From Octopus bimaculoides (taxonomy: Eukaryota): a stretch of 64,000 bases of DNA. The position numbers and the translations under genes were made by a program. The stretch is from the NCBI RefSeq assembly GCF_001194135.2, contig NC_069008.1, positions 16,286,354 through 16,350,353 of the forward strand, given 5' to 3'. Numbering within the stretch: the stretch's first letter is position 1; the number at the start of each line of letters is the position of its first letter. Positions 22,924 through 36,563 of this stretch are shown here, piece by piece. The notes beneath the pieces were generated by a model, which worked only from the letters and a program-made list of their open reading frames with translations, ran no database searches and had not been told where the DNA came from.

Positions 22924-23752
22924 AAGATATACACACCTATCCATCGATTGATCGTACGTACCGGATCTTTTATCTGGCTTCCAGAAATCCGTGAATATTT
23001 ATACCGTGTATTGAGTATTCGGTTCCGCCCTTCCTGTCTCTCAAGATGTCCAGGTTTTCAGCATTACCCTTCGTGGGTCCCGGGGGACTGTGGTCTTCCG
23101 TGCTGTCACCCCCATCTCTTTAGCTTCTCTGGTCATATCTAATTCAGATTGCTTTACTCCAGAGCACACAACACTACGCTACAGTGAGCCATGTTGAGCA
23201 GAATGTTCCTAAGTAGACTAAGTTTCACCAAAGGACAGATGGAATGACACTCTAAAGACAATACGGGATAATTTCCTATTTTATGTCCGTAAAAATCAAC
23301 TCCTAGTTGAAATTGCACAAGTATTCTTGTTGTAGTTGACCTTATGAGAAATGTCTTTCAGAGACAAATCGTGGGCCCAGTAATACGATAGAAGGATGAT
23401 ATTGAAGAAAGTGAGATGGCTTTTTCGAACCAACTGCCTTGACGAATGCTGTTTTTTTTTTTTTTNNNNNNNNNNNNNNNNNNNNNNNNNNNNNNNNNNN
23501 NNNNNNNNNNNNNNNNNNNNNNNNNNNNNNNNNNNNNNNNNNNNNNNNNNNNNNNNNNNNNNNNNNNNNNNNNNNNNTTTGTGCATGTTTTATAGTCTTT
23601 CAGGCCTTCCGTACTTATAAGCCAACGGTCGGCACATATGAGGATTTTTCTCTTTAACTGTATGGTGCGTTAATATATTGGGAGGGGGGGGGGACATCTA
23701 CTCCAACAGATTGTGAAGTAACCATAGAAAATATGGCGAATCGTCAGCGATT

Positions 23753-23835
23753 GGTAAATTTTCAGATAAATACCCGCACGATTTTCGCTAGGGTGTTAGG
23801 GTTGCAGCGTGCGGGTGTTAATCTGAAAATTTACC
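23753..23835. mobile_element. 83-bp MITE, Merlin-like family 1
   Basis: Same TIRs as 11232-11371. TSD CAGCGATT/CAGCGATA. Empty site in the A5 intron near 31769. Confidence 0.85.
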
Positions 23836-25167
23836 CAGCGATATGTGGCCCACATGAGATGGAAATGATTGCTTCATTGAAAGAAAAAGATTGTTTTTCG
23901 AGAGATGAGTTTTTTTTCTTTAACCTCTTTCAGTCCAATCTCCGGACGCACACCCATGTGTACGTACGGACATGCGCGCATACGCGTTTGCTATGTCCTT
24001 TTTTACTCCTTTACAATTTATATTATTGTTTTATATTTTCTTTACACATTTTTGTGTATTTTACCTTTCACCCTGCTTGTTTTTTCATGTGCATGTGCGT
24101 ATATGAACCTTTTTTGGGCGCGTGTGTGGGAGTATGTCTTTTTTTTTGGCGAATGTGTGGGTGTGCATGTGTGTCTCTCAAGCGAGTGTGGATGAGTATA
24201 TGCATATAGGCACATGTGGTTGTGCGTGCGCGCATGTGTATGTATGGACATACGCGCATACGCGATTGCTATGGGCATAACGGTCATTCTAATAGCTCCT
24301 TTGTCTTAATAACAGCCAATCACATAGTAGTTTCCCTTCGTTTAACTATCATTTTCATGGCATATTTTGTTTTCCTCGGTAACGGAAGAGATGCCGGCAT
24401 GGGTTTCCGCTCCGACATCAAAAAGTCGGAGTTTTATCATGGCAACCAAATGATTGTCACATATTATATTTACAGATAAATTCCTCTATTTACATAATAT
24501 CGAGGTCATTCTTGTGTTGTCTTACAATTTCTATCTATCTATCTATATATATAACATCATTTATATATTTACGTTATATAAAACTACATACATATATGTA
24601 ATGTTAAACGGTGTGAAGGTGTAGTTGCAGTTTACAAATTGTTAGGTTTCACCCAATGTTTAATGATCTCGTTTGTTAATCAATGTAGAAATGTTACAAC
24701 ACTTTCATTTTGATCTCTCTATAACTAATACAGTTTCTTTATTATTTCAGATGACATTGGCACAAAACAACTTTTGTACGTTCGACGCATCTGGTATATT
24801 TATCATTTTTCTGTAGACAAAAGGAAAATGTTTCAGAGAAGTGATATAGTTAACCAACTGCTACAAATCTAGGCTTGAATTGCTATAAAATATTTGCTCT
24901 GATCTGAGGTTCATAACAACAGTTCTCCATCTCATTATCTGGTGCTTTTGCATTCTAATTAAACTTGAATATATTTGCAAAACGGTTTGCAGAATTTTAG
25001 ATATCGGTAACAACAGAGTTAATAGCCCGTGAAATATTTTGTAAGGAATAAATTATAAGAAGAAGAATAAGAACATTATATGCTGTGTTAAAGAGAAGAA
25101 AGATAAGGGAAAAATTTAATGCTGTGAGAAACGTAAATGGTGGGATCTATTTATATGCCATAGAGAA

Positions 25168-26990
<1,823 letters not shown>

Positions 26991-27143
26991 TTGATTGCAT
27001 CATTGTCAAAATTCATCAGAACACCCAACAACAACCAATATTTTAAAAACGTTTCTACTGCAAAATCATGACTGAGGCTTCATCAGTAATCATTGACCCC
27101 TTGACAGTAACCATACAGGTTTCAAGTATAAACATACATCTAT

Positions 27144-27782
27144 ATCGGTAAAGAAATTGTTGCTTGTGTCCATGAGTTGAGTGGTGACGAGCAAGCAAAC
27201 CAGCGGAGATTGTGGCTCATTGATTTTTGTTGTCACTTAAAGCGTGCGGAACCCATGCTCCATACTTCTGAACCTTTCCCATCGAGTGAAGCTGCTTCTC
27301 TATGGCAGTGTGGGAGCATTCCATTTTCTCTGCCAGTTCCTTTGTTGTTTGATGATGATTTTCGTGCAAAAGTTGGTTTAATCGCTCTTCATCGAACTCA
27401 ACTGGACGGCCAGAACGAGGTGCGTCTTTGAGGTCAAAGTTTCCATTTTTGAACTTGGCATACCAACCACGAGTGGTTCTTTCAGCTATGGCACCCTCTC
27501 CATACCCAGCAACAAATGTTGCAATCAGCTTTTGTGGCATTAGAACCACAATAATTAAATGCAAAAAAAAAAAAAGGTGTTGAAAATGCTCGTTTTCTTA
27601 ACTTGACATTCCATGTTAATAATCTGAAAATAAACAAAAATTAACTAGAAAACAAAAAAAAAAAAAAAGATTCCAAAATGAAGCAAAAATAGAATTCTTG
27701 AAAAAATAAATTCCAAAATTTAAAAACGCAATAAATTCCAAAATCAAAAAAAACCAGCAGGAACTTTGTTGCCAACTCAATA
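27144..27782 (-). mobile_element. Mariner transposon 5' half (TIR and transposase DNA-binding region)
   Basis: Translation has PRSGRP, WVPHAL and then KNQ*ATISAGLL. TIR TATTGAGTTGGCAACAAAGTTCCTG at 27758-27782. Catalytic part absent. Confidence 0.88.
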
Positions 27783-27815
27783 TATAGGAGCAACTATCAA
27801 CTTTGTATTTTATAT

Positions 27816-28309
27816 CAGAGGTCCCCAACCCTCAGGCTGCAGAAAGGTACTGGTCTTTGTAGCATTTGCTACCAGACCAGAAAGAAATTATTAACTTGTT
27901 TAAAATTATATAATATTTAAATTGAATATTTGACATTAATTGTTTAAATATACAATATTCACCTACTCAGTACAATCTCTCATAACTAAGTACATTTATA
28001 ATTAAAGTATATTTTTATAATTAGTATATATTTTACATCTACCTTTACTATCTGTCATAAATGTAAGTACATTTTGCAATTAATGTATATTTTTGTTTAT
28101 TTGTAATAATTTTCAGTTAATTTTATGATTTTAAAGAACTTTGCTATATGAGAGTGGAAAAATTATACATTTTATCTTTCTTTTAATGAATTACTCTTTT
28201 TATTATTGTTTTCATTATCAAAATGTACTGAAGTCACACAGTATTGGTCTGATGGAATATTGCTTGTCATGAAGCCAGTCCGTGGTATAAAAAAGCTTGG
28301 AGACCACTG
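27816..28309. mobile_element. hAT/Charlie-like MITE with exact 8-bp TSD
   Basis: CAGAGGTCCCCAAC...CTTGGAGACCACTG. TSD TTTTATAT at 27808-27815 and 28310-28317. Paralogous copies with shared flanks near 43.0 kb and 46.8-47.7 kb. Confidence 0.8.
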
Positions 28310-28427
28310 TTTTATATACATCCTATACACAACTGTGTCTTTGTAAGGAAGATAGCTTAGCACTGTGAAATATTTAATAAAATCTTCCTTTCGCAAAGGC
28401 TTTGTTATCTCATTCTGTCTAATATAT

Positions 28428-28817
28428 TGTTGGTGTTGGCACTCCGTCGCTTACGACGTCGAGGGTTCCAGTTGATCCGATCAACGGAACAGCCTGCTCG
28501 TGAAATTAACGTGCAAGTGGCTGAGCACTCCACAGACACGTGTACCCTTAACGTAGTTCTCGGGGATATTCAGCGTGACACAGAGTGTGACAAGGCTGAC
28601 CCTTTGAATTACAGACACAACAGAAACAGGAAGTAAGAGTGAGAGAAAGTTGTGGTGAAAGAGTACAGCAGGGTTCGCCACCATCCCCTGCCGGAGCTTC
28701 GTGGGGCTTTAGGTGTTTTCGCCCAATAAACACTCACAACGCCCGGTCTGGGAATCAAAACCACGATCCTACGACCGCGAGTCCGCTGCCCTAACCACTG
28801 GGCCATTGCGCCTCCAC
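28428..28817 (-). mobile_element. Full-length tRNA-derived SINE (GTGGAGGCGCAATGG family)
   Basis: A and B boxes, (CAA)n-like tail, TSD TGTCTAATATAT at 28416-28427 and 28819-28830. Confidence 0.9.
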
Positions 28818-29159
28818 TTGTCTAATATATATATGTGCATGCTAATACAAGACCCACATTAGACTCCTCACTCATATCACTATAGAACCAAGAATTTAAC
28901 TACAGTCTGTCCATAGCGCTTACCTAGTGTTTCCTGCCACTCTTTGGGTCCTCTGGATATTAATACCTTTCATATATATACATAGACATATATATTATAC
29001 ATTTCATATATATGCATAGACTACGACTTCAGGAAAAATATGTTCAGCATAAATATACACAATATAAATGTCAACATATTAATCCACATTGTTCATATAT
29101 TTTAATAACGAACCATGTAATTCACACTCTGGAAAATGTATTTCTGTAAAATGTTGGGA

Positions 29160-29735
29160 GTGGGTAAAATTTCTGAAAGTTCCATTTCACCCAACCCCGT
29201 TTTCTGGATTCCCAAAAACTGTATTGTGACATATTAAGAGGTCACTAGAATTCATTCAACGAAAAAAAGAAAAAATAATTCCAATGATTCCGGGATAAGG
29301 GATGTGGGGGGTTCGGTTTCCCACCTCGCATATATTCCGAACAAAAATAAGGGGTTTACAGCATATTAGAAAATTAGGGTACTTGATTCCAGGCCAAAAT
29401 CCAAGTTTTTCCTTTTCTTTTTTTTTCCTTAGTGAAAATTGCATGGGTGTACTTCCCTATGGGATGGGGGTGAAATTTCCGAGGCTTCCACCCTACCCTG
29501 CTCCACCCCGTTTTCTGGACCCCTCCCCCTAAAGGATTTTATGGCATATTAGGAGGTCACTGGAATTCATTCAACGAAAAAAAAATTTCCAATGATCCCG
29601 TGTTAAGGGGGTCGTTTCTCCTCCTCCCCTTTTTTTCCGAACAAAAAGTAGAGGTTTGCAGTTTATTAGGAGGTCAGGGTACTGGATTCCATGAAAAAAT
29701 CCGATTGTTTTTTTCTTAGTGAAAATCGTGCGGTA
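29160..29735. repeat. Two diverged ~290-310-bp tandem units
   Basis: CCCCGTTTTCTGGA and GAGGTCACT.GAATTCATTCAACGAAAAAAA each occur twice, about 310 bp apart. Confidence 0.65.
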
Positions 29736-30131
29736 TCAAATCTTCCACAAGGGCAGTGACCAGTGAGAAGATAAGGCGATTATATCAACCCTAGTGCTTC
29801 ACTGCTATTTATTTTATCGCCCCAAAAGGATGAAAGATAAAGAAAAACCCCAGCCAATAAGTATTTCGTCCAGTGCTCTGACGATTCTGACAGCTTGCCT
29901 CCTGAAGCAACGTTAATCACAACACATGCAAACACACACACACAAACACATGAATATGCAGAATACATACATACAAACGTACACACATACATGCATGAAG
30001 GCCAACTCTTCAATTAATAAATACTGTCATGATATCTTATATGACTAGTAAGTCCTGCTCTTGACAAACAAAATCTACTGCAGACGTTAGAAATATTTTT
30101 AAGCAGGAAAGTGTCTGGGATTGTAGTTAAG

Positions 30132-30712
30132 GGATCTATTTCAAAACGGGGGCACCAGTATTTTCTTAACGAAACACTAACGAAACACTTTGAAACTTGG
30201 GACACTGGTAGAATGTGTCATATAAAACATCTTTTACTCTTAGTCTTCTTAACAAAAAAACGTACATCGCAAGTTATTCCATGTTAAAGTTGTCGTAGTT
30301 CTGTAATTTCAACCAATCACTGACGTCTATTCAGCTGAATAGAGTTACTGCTGGGCAGTCATAAAAATGTTATTCCCTGTGACATATTTCATCCGGTTTA
30401 ATCGTAATTTATACGCATATATTCTTTATATAATAAATTACGCTGTGCGTAACAATTTTAGAGTTAGGGTTAGGGGATTAATACGATATACACCGTTACA
30501 GCGCTAACTGTTTTCAACTGAATAGACGTCAGTGATTAGTAGAAATTATCGAAATAAGACAATTTTTTACATGAAATAAATTCGAATACAAAAATTTTTT
30601 TCTGTTCTATAACACAAAATAGATAAGTATACGAAGTTTGAAAGTCTTTCGGTATCAAAAACACTACATAAAACATAAATGAAAACTGGTGCCCCCGTTT
30701 TAAAATAGATCC
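30132..30712. mobile_element. 581-bp non-autonomous element, GG...CC ends, exact 8-bp TSD (Merlin-like family 3)
   Basis: 28-bp TIR GGATCTATTTYAAAACGGGGGCACCAGT. TSD TAGTTAAG at 30124-30131 and 30713-30720. Empty site near 22219. Confidence 0.9.
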
Positions 30713-31068
30713 TAGTTAAGTCCTGCCTACGAAGTGCTCGTTTCAAGATAGATTGTTCAATTCTTCGAGCTTATATATACGCGCGCACAAACAAACAAAA
30801 AGAAATTAGCTCGGATAACGGACAGTCACCGACTATTGAAAAGGTTGCAAGACTCAACGAAAATTGTAGGAGAAATAAATGAGTGGAAACTTTAGCGGTG
30901 AGTGTGTTAAATAACAAAGCACTAAAATAAAAAGAGTCTCTCCAGACAAAACGAAATATGCTTCGACACACGAAATCACAAAGTATAAAATATATCTTTT
31001 AGAACATCATCACCAAGGCCGCTAGTGACTAATGAAGATTCGTTAATCAGAGCCAGATATTTACCACA

Positions 31069-31312
31069 GTAACCATGGTGATTTGCATTAAAATATTATT
31101 ATTATTCCCCTTTATCTCAATATAGTTTTACTTACTAGAGAGCGGTGGTTTTACTTTTGTCACATGACAGACTATACTTCCGTTTCCGCCACAATCTTTT
31201 TATTTTGACACGGGTGAGTAAATTACAGCGTGTTTTTATTGTGTTTTCAGGGAGTTTTGGTGTGATTAAATATATTTTCACACTAAATATTGATTTGTAT
31301 AGTATAACAGGT
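31069..31312 (+). promoter_or_regulatory. Promoter cassette and non-coding exon 1 of A5
   Basis: ATTTGCAT 31081-31088, GTCACATGAC 31159-31168, ACTTCCG 31176-31182, donor 31311. The acceptor presumably lies in the gap before 36171. Confidence 0.68.
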
Positions 31313-31944
31313 AAGATATACACACCTATCTATCGATTGATCGTACGTGCCGGACCTCTTATCTGGCTTGCAGAAATCCGGGAATACTGTACCGTGTATT
31401 GAGAATTCGGTTCCTCCTTCCAATAGTTGAAGATGACCAAGTATTCTTGTTGCAGTGGACCTTATGAGAAACGTCTTTCAGAGCGAAGTCGTGGGGCCAG
31501 CAATATGATAGAAGGATGATGTTAAAGAAAGTGAGATGGCTGTTTTCGAACCAACTGCCTTGACAAATTCTCGCTTTGTTTTTGTACGTATTACTGTAAC
31601 CAAGTTTTACCGTCGTTCATGTCTCCTCTATTTATATTGTCCACCTTATATTGGTCTGCACATGTGAGGATTCTTCTCTTTAACTGTATGGTGCGTAAAT
31701 ATATTGAGCGGGTGAGAGATCTACTCTAAGAGATTGTGGAAGAAACCATAGATAATATAGCGAATCGTCATCGATATGTGGCCCACATAAGATGGAAATG
31801 ATTGCTTCATTGAAAGAAAAATTTTTCGAGAAATGAGTTTTTTTTTCATTACCCACCACCGACTCCTAGAGCCGGACCTCCGGACCGATTTTGTAAGCAC
31901 TATTGCTTTTTCGGTAAAGAAAAAAACAAACAAAGGTAACTCAT

Positions 31945-32061
31945 TTCTACAGCTGAGTGAACTGGAGCAGCATGAAATTAAGTGTCTTGCTCAAGAACAC
32001 AACACAGCCTGGTCTGGGAATCGAACTCACTACCTCATGATTGTGAGCCAACGAGCTATGT
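31945..32061 (-). mobile_element. tRNA-derived SINE head (repeated at 32603-32712 and 33505-33564 beside gaps)
   Basis: Reverse complement has B box GAGTTCGATTCC and a CORE-like TTGAGCAAGACACTTAA segment. Confidence 0.65.
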
Positions 32062-35000
32062 NNNNNNNNNNNNNNNNNNNNNNNNNNNNNNNNNNNNNNN
32101 NNNNNNNNNNNNNNNNNNNNNNNNNNNNNNNNNNNNNNNNNNNNNNNNNNNNNNNNNNNNNNNNNNNNNNNNNNNNNNNNNNNNNNNNNNNNNNNNNNNN
32201 NNNNNNNNNNNNNNNNNNNNNNNNNNNNNNNNNNNNNNNNNNNNNNNNNNNNNNNNNNNNNNNNNNNNNNNNNNNNNNNNNNNNNNNNNNNNNNNNNNNN
32301 NNNNNNNNNNNNNNNNNNNNNNNNNNNNNNNNNNNNNNNNNNNNNNNNNNNNNNNNNNNNNNNNNNNNNNNNNNNNNNNNNNNNNNNNNNNNNNNNNNNN
32401 NNNNNNNNNNNNNNNNNNNNNNNNNNNNNNNNNNNNNNNNNNNNNNNNNNNNNNNNNNNNNNNNNNNNNNNNNNNNNNNNNNNNNNNNNNNNNNNNNNNN
32501 NNNNNNNNNNNNNNNNNNNNNNNNNNNNNNNNNNNNNNNNNNNNNNNNNNNNNNNNNNNNNNNNNNNNNNNNNNNNNNNNNNNNNNNNNNNNNNNNNNNN
32601 NNCAGCTGAGTGAACTGGAGCAGCATGAAATTAAGTGTCTTGCTCAAGAACACAACACAGCCTGGTCTGGGAATCGAACTCACTACCTCATGATTGTGAG
32701 CCAACGAGCTATGTGCCTTCACACCTGGTTGCCCTGTGCTTTCAGAGGCCTGTGTAATTGAAAATAAAATCCTTTCTATGAAAAGCCAGAAGATATGGTT
32801 CAATAATGTATTTGTGTAATCCATGCTGACATGGGGTGGGGGGATAAAAAGTTTCAAAGACAAATGAACAGTTATGTGTATTTGTTTCCGCCACCAATTG
32901 CTATATGTAAAGGGCCTACAACGCTTTTTAACATCCAAACCAGTCAAAATATTCTAGATGAATCCAATAAACGAACAATAACTGATATTATCCAATGGAA
33001 AGCTCACCTATTTCTGTCTTCACCCCTCACCCCCACTCTCTCTCTCTGGGTAACCATGTACCTTCCCTACGGCAAGACATCCTGTTTCTGTGCTTACTTG
33101 TCCTGTTTTCCATTTTTTTCTCATTTCTTTAAGTATTTCATGTTGTTTGCACCATTGATGACATCCTGTACGATATATTCATGTATATGTGTGTGTGTGT
33201 GTGTATTCATGTATATGTGTGTGTATACATACATACATATATATATAGTGCCACACCCTAACAGTTGAGGGAACCCGTGGAAGAGGTAGGCCCAGGAAGA
33301 CCTGGGCTGAGGTGGTGAGGCAAGACCATCGTACATTGGGCCTCACCGAGGCGATGACTACTGACCGAGACCTTTGGAAATGTGCTGTGCGTGAGAAGAC
33401 CCGGCAAGCCAAGTAAGATCGTTGCCAGTGCCCCTGGACTGGCTCTTGTGCGGGTGGCACATGAGATGCACCATTTTGAGCGAGGCCGTTGCCAGTACCG
33501 CCTGACTGGCTTGTGGTCTGGGAATCGAACTCACTACCTCATGATTGTGAGCCAACGAGCTATGNNNNNNNNNNNNNNNNNNNNNNNNNNNNNNNNNNNN
33601 NNNNNNNNNNNNNNNNNNNNNNNNNNNNNNNNNNNNNNNNNNNNNNNNNNNNNNNNNNNNNNNNNNNNNNNNNNNNNNNNNNNNNNNNNNNNNNNNNNNN
33701 NNNNNNNNNNNNNNNNNNNNNNNNNNNNNNNNNNNNNNNNNNNNNNNNNNNNNNNNNNNNNNNNNNNNNNNNNNNNNNNNNNNNNNNNNNNNNNNNNNNN
33801 NNNNNNNNNNNNNNNNNNNNNNNNNNNNNNNNNNNNNNNNNNNNNNNNNNNNNNNNNNNNNNNNNNNNNNNNNNNNNNNNNNNNNNNNNNNNNNNNNNNN
33901 NNNNNNNNNNNNNNNNNNNNNNNNNNNNNNNNNNNNNNNNNNNNNNNNNNNNNNNNNNNNNNNNNNNNNNNNNNNNNNNNNNNNNNNNNNNNNNNNNNNN
34001 NNNNNNNNNNNNNNNNNNNNNNNNNNNNNNNNNNNNNNNNNNNNNNNNNNNNNNNNNNNNNNNNNNNNNNNNNNNNNNNNNNNNNNNNNNNNNNNNNNNN
34101 NNNNNNNNNNNNNNNNNNNNNNNNNNNNNNNNNNNNNNNNNNNNNNNNNNNNNNNNNNNNNNNNNNNNNNNNNNNNNNNNNNNNNNNNNNNNNNNNNNNN
34201 NNNNNNNNNNNNNNNNNNNNNNNNNNNNNNNNNNNNNNNNNNNNNNNNNNNNNNNNNNNNNNNNNNNNNNNNNNNNNNNNNNNNNNNNNNNNNNNNNNNN
34301 NNNNNNNNNNNNNNNNNNNCAAGTATACTATTGGGAGGGTACCCAATTATTGCTACACTAGTGCTATCCTAGGTGCATTCAATGGGAGCGTGTAAAAGTG
34401 GAGGTTTTACCCAAAATTTGTGTAACAATTAGAAAATAGAGGATAATATGCTGAACCCGACTACTTGCAGACGATGTATCCCGTTGAATTCATTAATTTA
34501 ATTCATAGCAAAAGTGACAAAAAAAAGGTTGAAAAGAAATAGAAAGAACCAAAGCACAGGTGTCCATGGCAGACTATGTTATTTTGCCAACATGGTTTAC
34601 ATATAGAAGTACAAAGTACATAAGGAATTAGAGGATGTATCTATATTTGTGTGTGTCTGTGTTTGTCCCCCCCTCATTACTTGACAACTAACGTTGGTGA
34701 TAGAATAAATACTGGGCTTACAAAGAAGAAGTCCTGTGGTTGATTTCTTCAACTAGAACCCTTTAAGGCAGTGCTCCAGCATGGCTGAAACATGTAACAG
34801 AAGAAAAGCATAGATTCAGTTGAATTTTATTTATTCATCAATATTTCTTTTTCTTTGATCTATATATGGTCACTTCACCTGCTAGTAACAACAGCTAAAT
34901 TCCATCCAATTTAAACCTTCTGGTCCTGAGAATTGAAGATTACTTGCTGATGTAATCCTGGAAATATAATGCCAGATGGAAAAACAGGATAGTCATGGAT

Positions 35001-35124
35001 GGGGTGTCATTGATCATAAGTACACTCAGTCTTTACTGATCCGGTGGTAAAGAGCAATGACAGTATTTCTTATGAGAAAAGTATATGGTTGTCCACTCTT
35101 CTGGACTTCAATATATATATCATC

Positions 35125-35330
35125 ATCATGTCACATCCATTGTCATTGCTGGCATGGGCTGAATGGTTTGACCAAGGCTGGGAAGCTGAGGGGCTGCACC
35201 AAACTCCTGTCTGATTTGGCATGCTTTCTACGACTGGATGCCCTTCTTAACGCCAACCTCTCCGAGAGTGTAATGGGTGCTTTTATGTGCCACCGGCATG
35301 GGTGCTAGTTGTATGACACCAGTATCCACC
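35125..35330 (-). mobile_element. Older RTE-type 3' UTR copy
   Basis: CTGGATGCCCTTCTTAACGCCAACC block and CATCATCAT tail, as in 9296-9622. Confidence 0.6.
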
Positions 35331-35597
35331 ATGACTATAATTTGAATTGGCTTGGTGGGTCTTCTCCTCTAGCATGACATATTGCCAAAGGTCTTGGTCA
35401 TATATCATTGCCTCTGAGAGATCCAATGCTCCAAAGGTGCCAGCGGCACAGTTGCCTGTTACGTAACACCCCATTGGTCACATTTTTTCTGTGAGGCCCA
35501 GGGCTCGTCAGGTACCTTTTAAGTCCCACCTGCATTGGTCACATTGTCTCCATGATGCCCTACACTTGGCAGATGGTTTTTTACATGGAACTGACAC

Positions 35598-35629
<32 letters not shown>

Positions 35630-36563
35630 NNNNNNNNNNNNNNNNNNNNNNNNNNNNNNNNNNNNNNNNNNNNNNNNNNNNNNNNNNNNNNNNNNNNNNN
35701 NNNNNNNNNNNNNNNNNNNNNNNNNNNNNNNNNNNNNNNNNNNNNNNNNNNNNNNNNNNNNNNNNNNNNNNNNNNNNNNNNNNNNNNNNNNNNNNNNNNN
35801 NNNNNNNNNNNNNNNNNNNNNNNNNNNNNNNNNNNNNNNNNNNNNNNNNNNNNNNNNNNNNNNNNNNNNNNNNNNNNNNNNNNNNNNNNNNNNNNNNNNN
35901 NNNNNNNNNNNNNNNNNNNNNNNNNNNNNNNNNNNNNNNNNNNNNNNNNNNNNNNNNNNNNNNNNNNNNNNNNNNNNNNNNNNNNNNNNNNNNNNNNNNN
36001 NNNNNNNNNNNNNNNNNNNNNNNNNNNNNNNNNNNNNNNNNNNNNNNNNNNNNNNNNNNNNNNNNNNNNNNNNNNNNNNNNNNNNNNNNNNNNNNNNNNN
36101 NNNNNNNNNNNNNNNNNNNNNNNNNNNNNNNNNNNNNNNNNNNNNNNNNNNNNNNNNNNNNNNNNNNNNNCGTTCGACGCATCTGGTATATTTATCATTT
36201 TTCTGAAGACAAAAGGAAAATGTTCTAGAGAACTGAGATATAGTTAACCAACTGCTACAAATCTAGGCTTGAATTGCTATAAAATATTTGCTCTGATCTG
36301 AGATTCATAACAAGATTTTTCCATCTCATTATCAGGTGCTTTTGCATTCTAATTAAACTTCAATATATTTGCAAAGGGGTTTGCAGAATTTTAGATATTG
36401 ATAACTTCACAGTTGATAGCACTTGGAAAAATTTCTGAGGAATAAATTATAACGAGAACAAAAAGAAAGAAATTACATACTGTGGTGAGAGAAGAAAGAT
36501 AAGGGGAAAATTTAATGCTGTGAGAAACGTAAATGGTGGGATCTATTTATATGCCATAGAGAA

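Noticed and set aside
23940-24290. Two ~40-bp CG-rich direct repeats (GGACAT.CGCGCATACGCG.TTGCTATG) in the A4 intron
   Set aside because: Probably the interior of an unclassified TE mixed with purine-pyrimidine microsatellite. No termini or TSD could be defined.
28740-28817. tRNA gene candidates
   Set aside because: A/B boxes are present but continue into a SINE body with TSDs, and no complete cloverleaf could be drawn.
31945-33564. Three identical SINE-head segments and an RTE piece nearly identical to 41876-41990
   Set aside because: All abut gaps, so they probably reflect repeat misplacement in the assembly rather than a real array.
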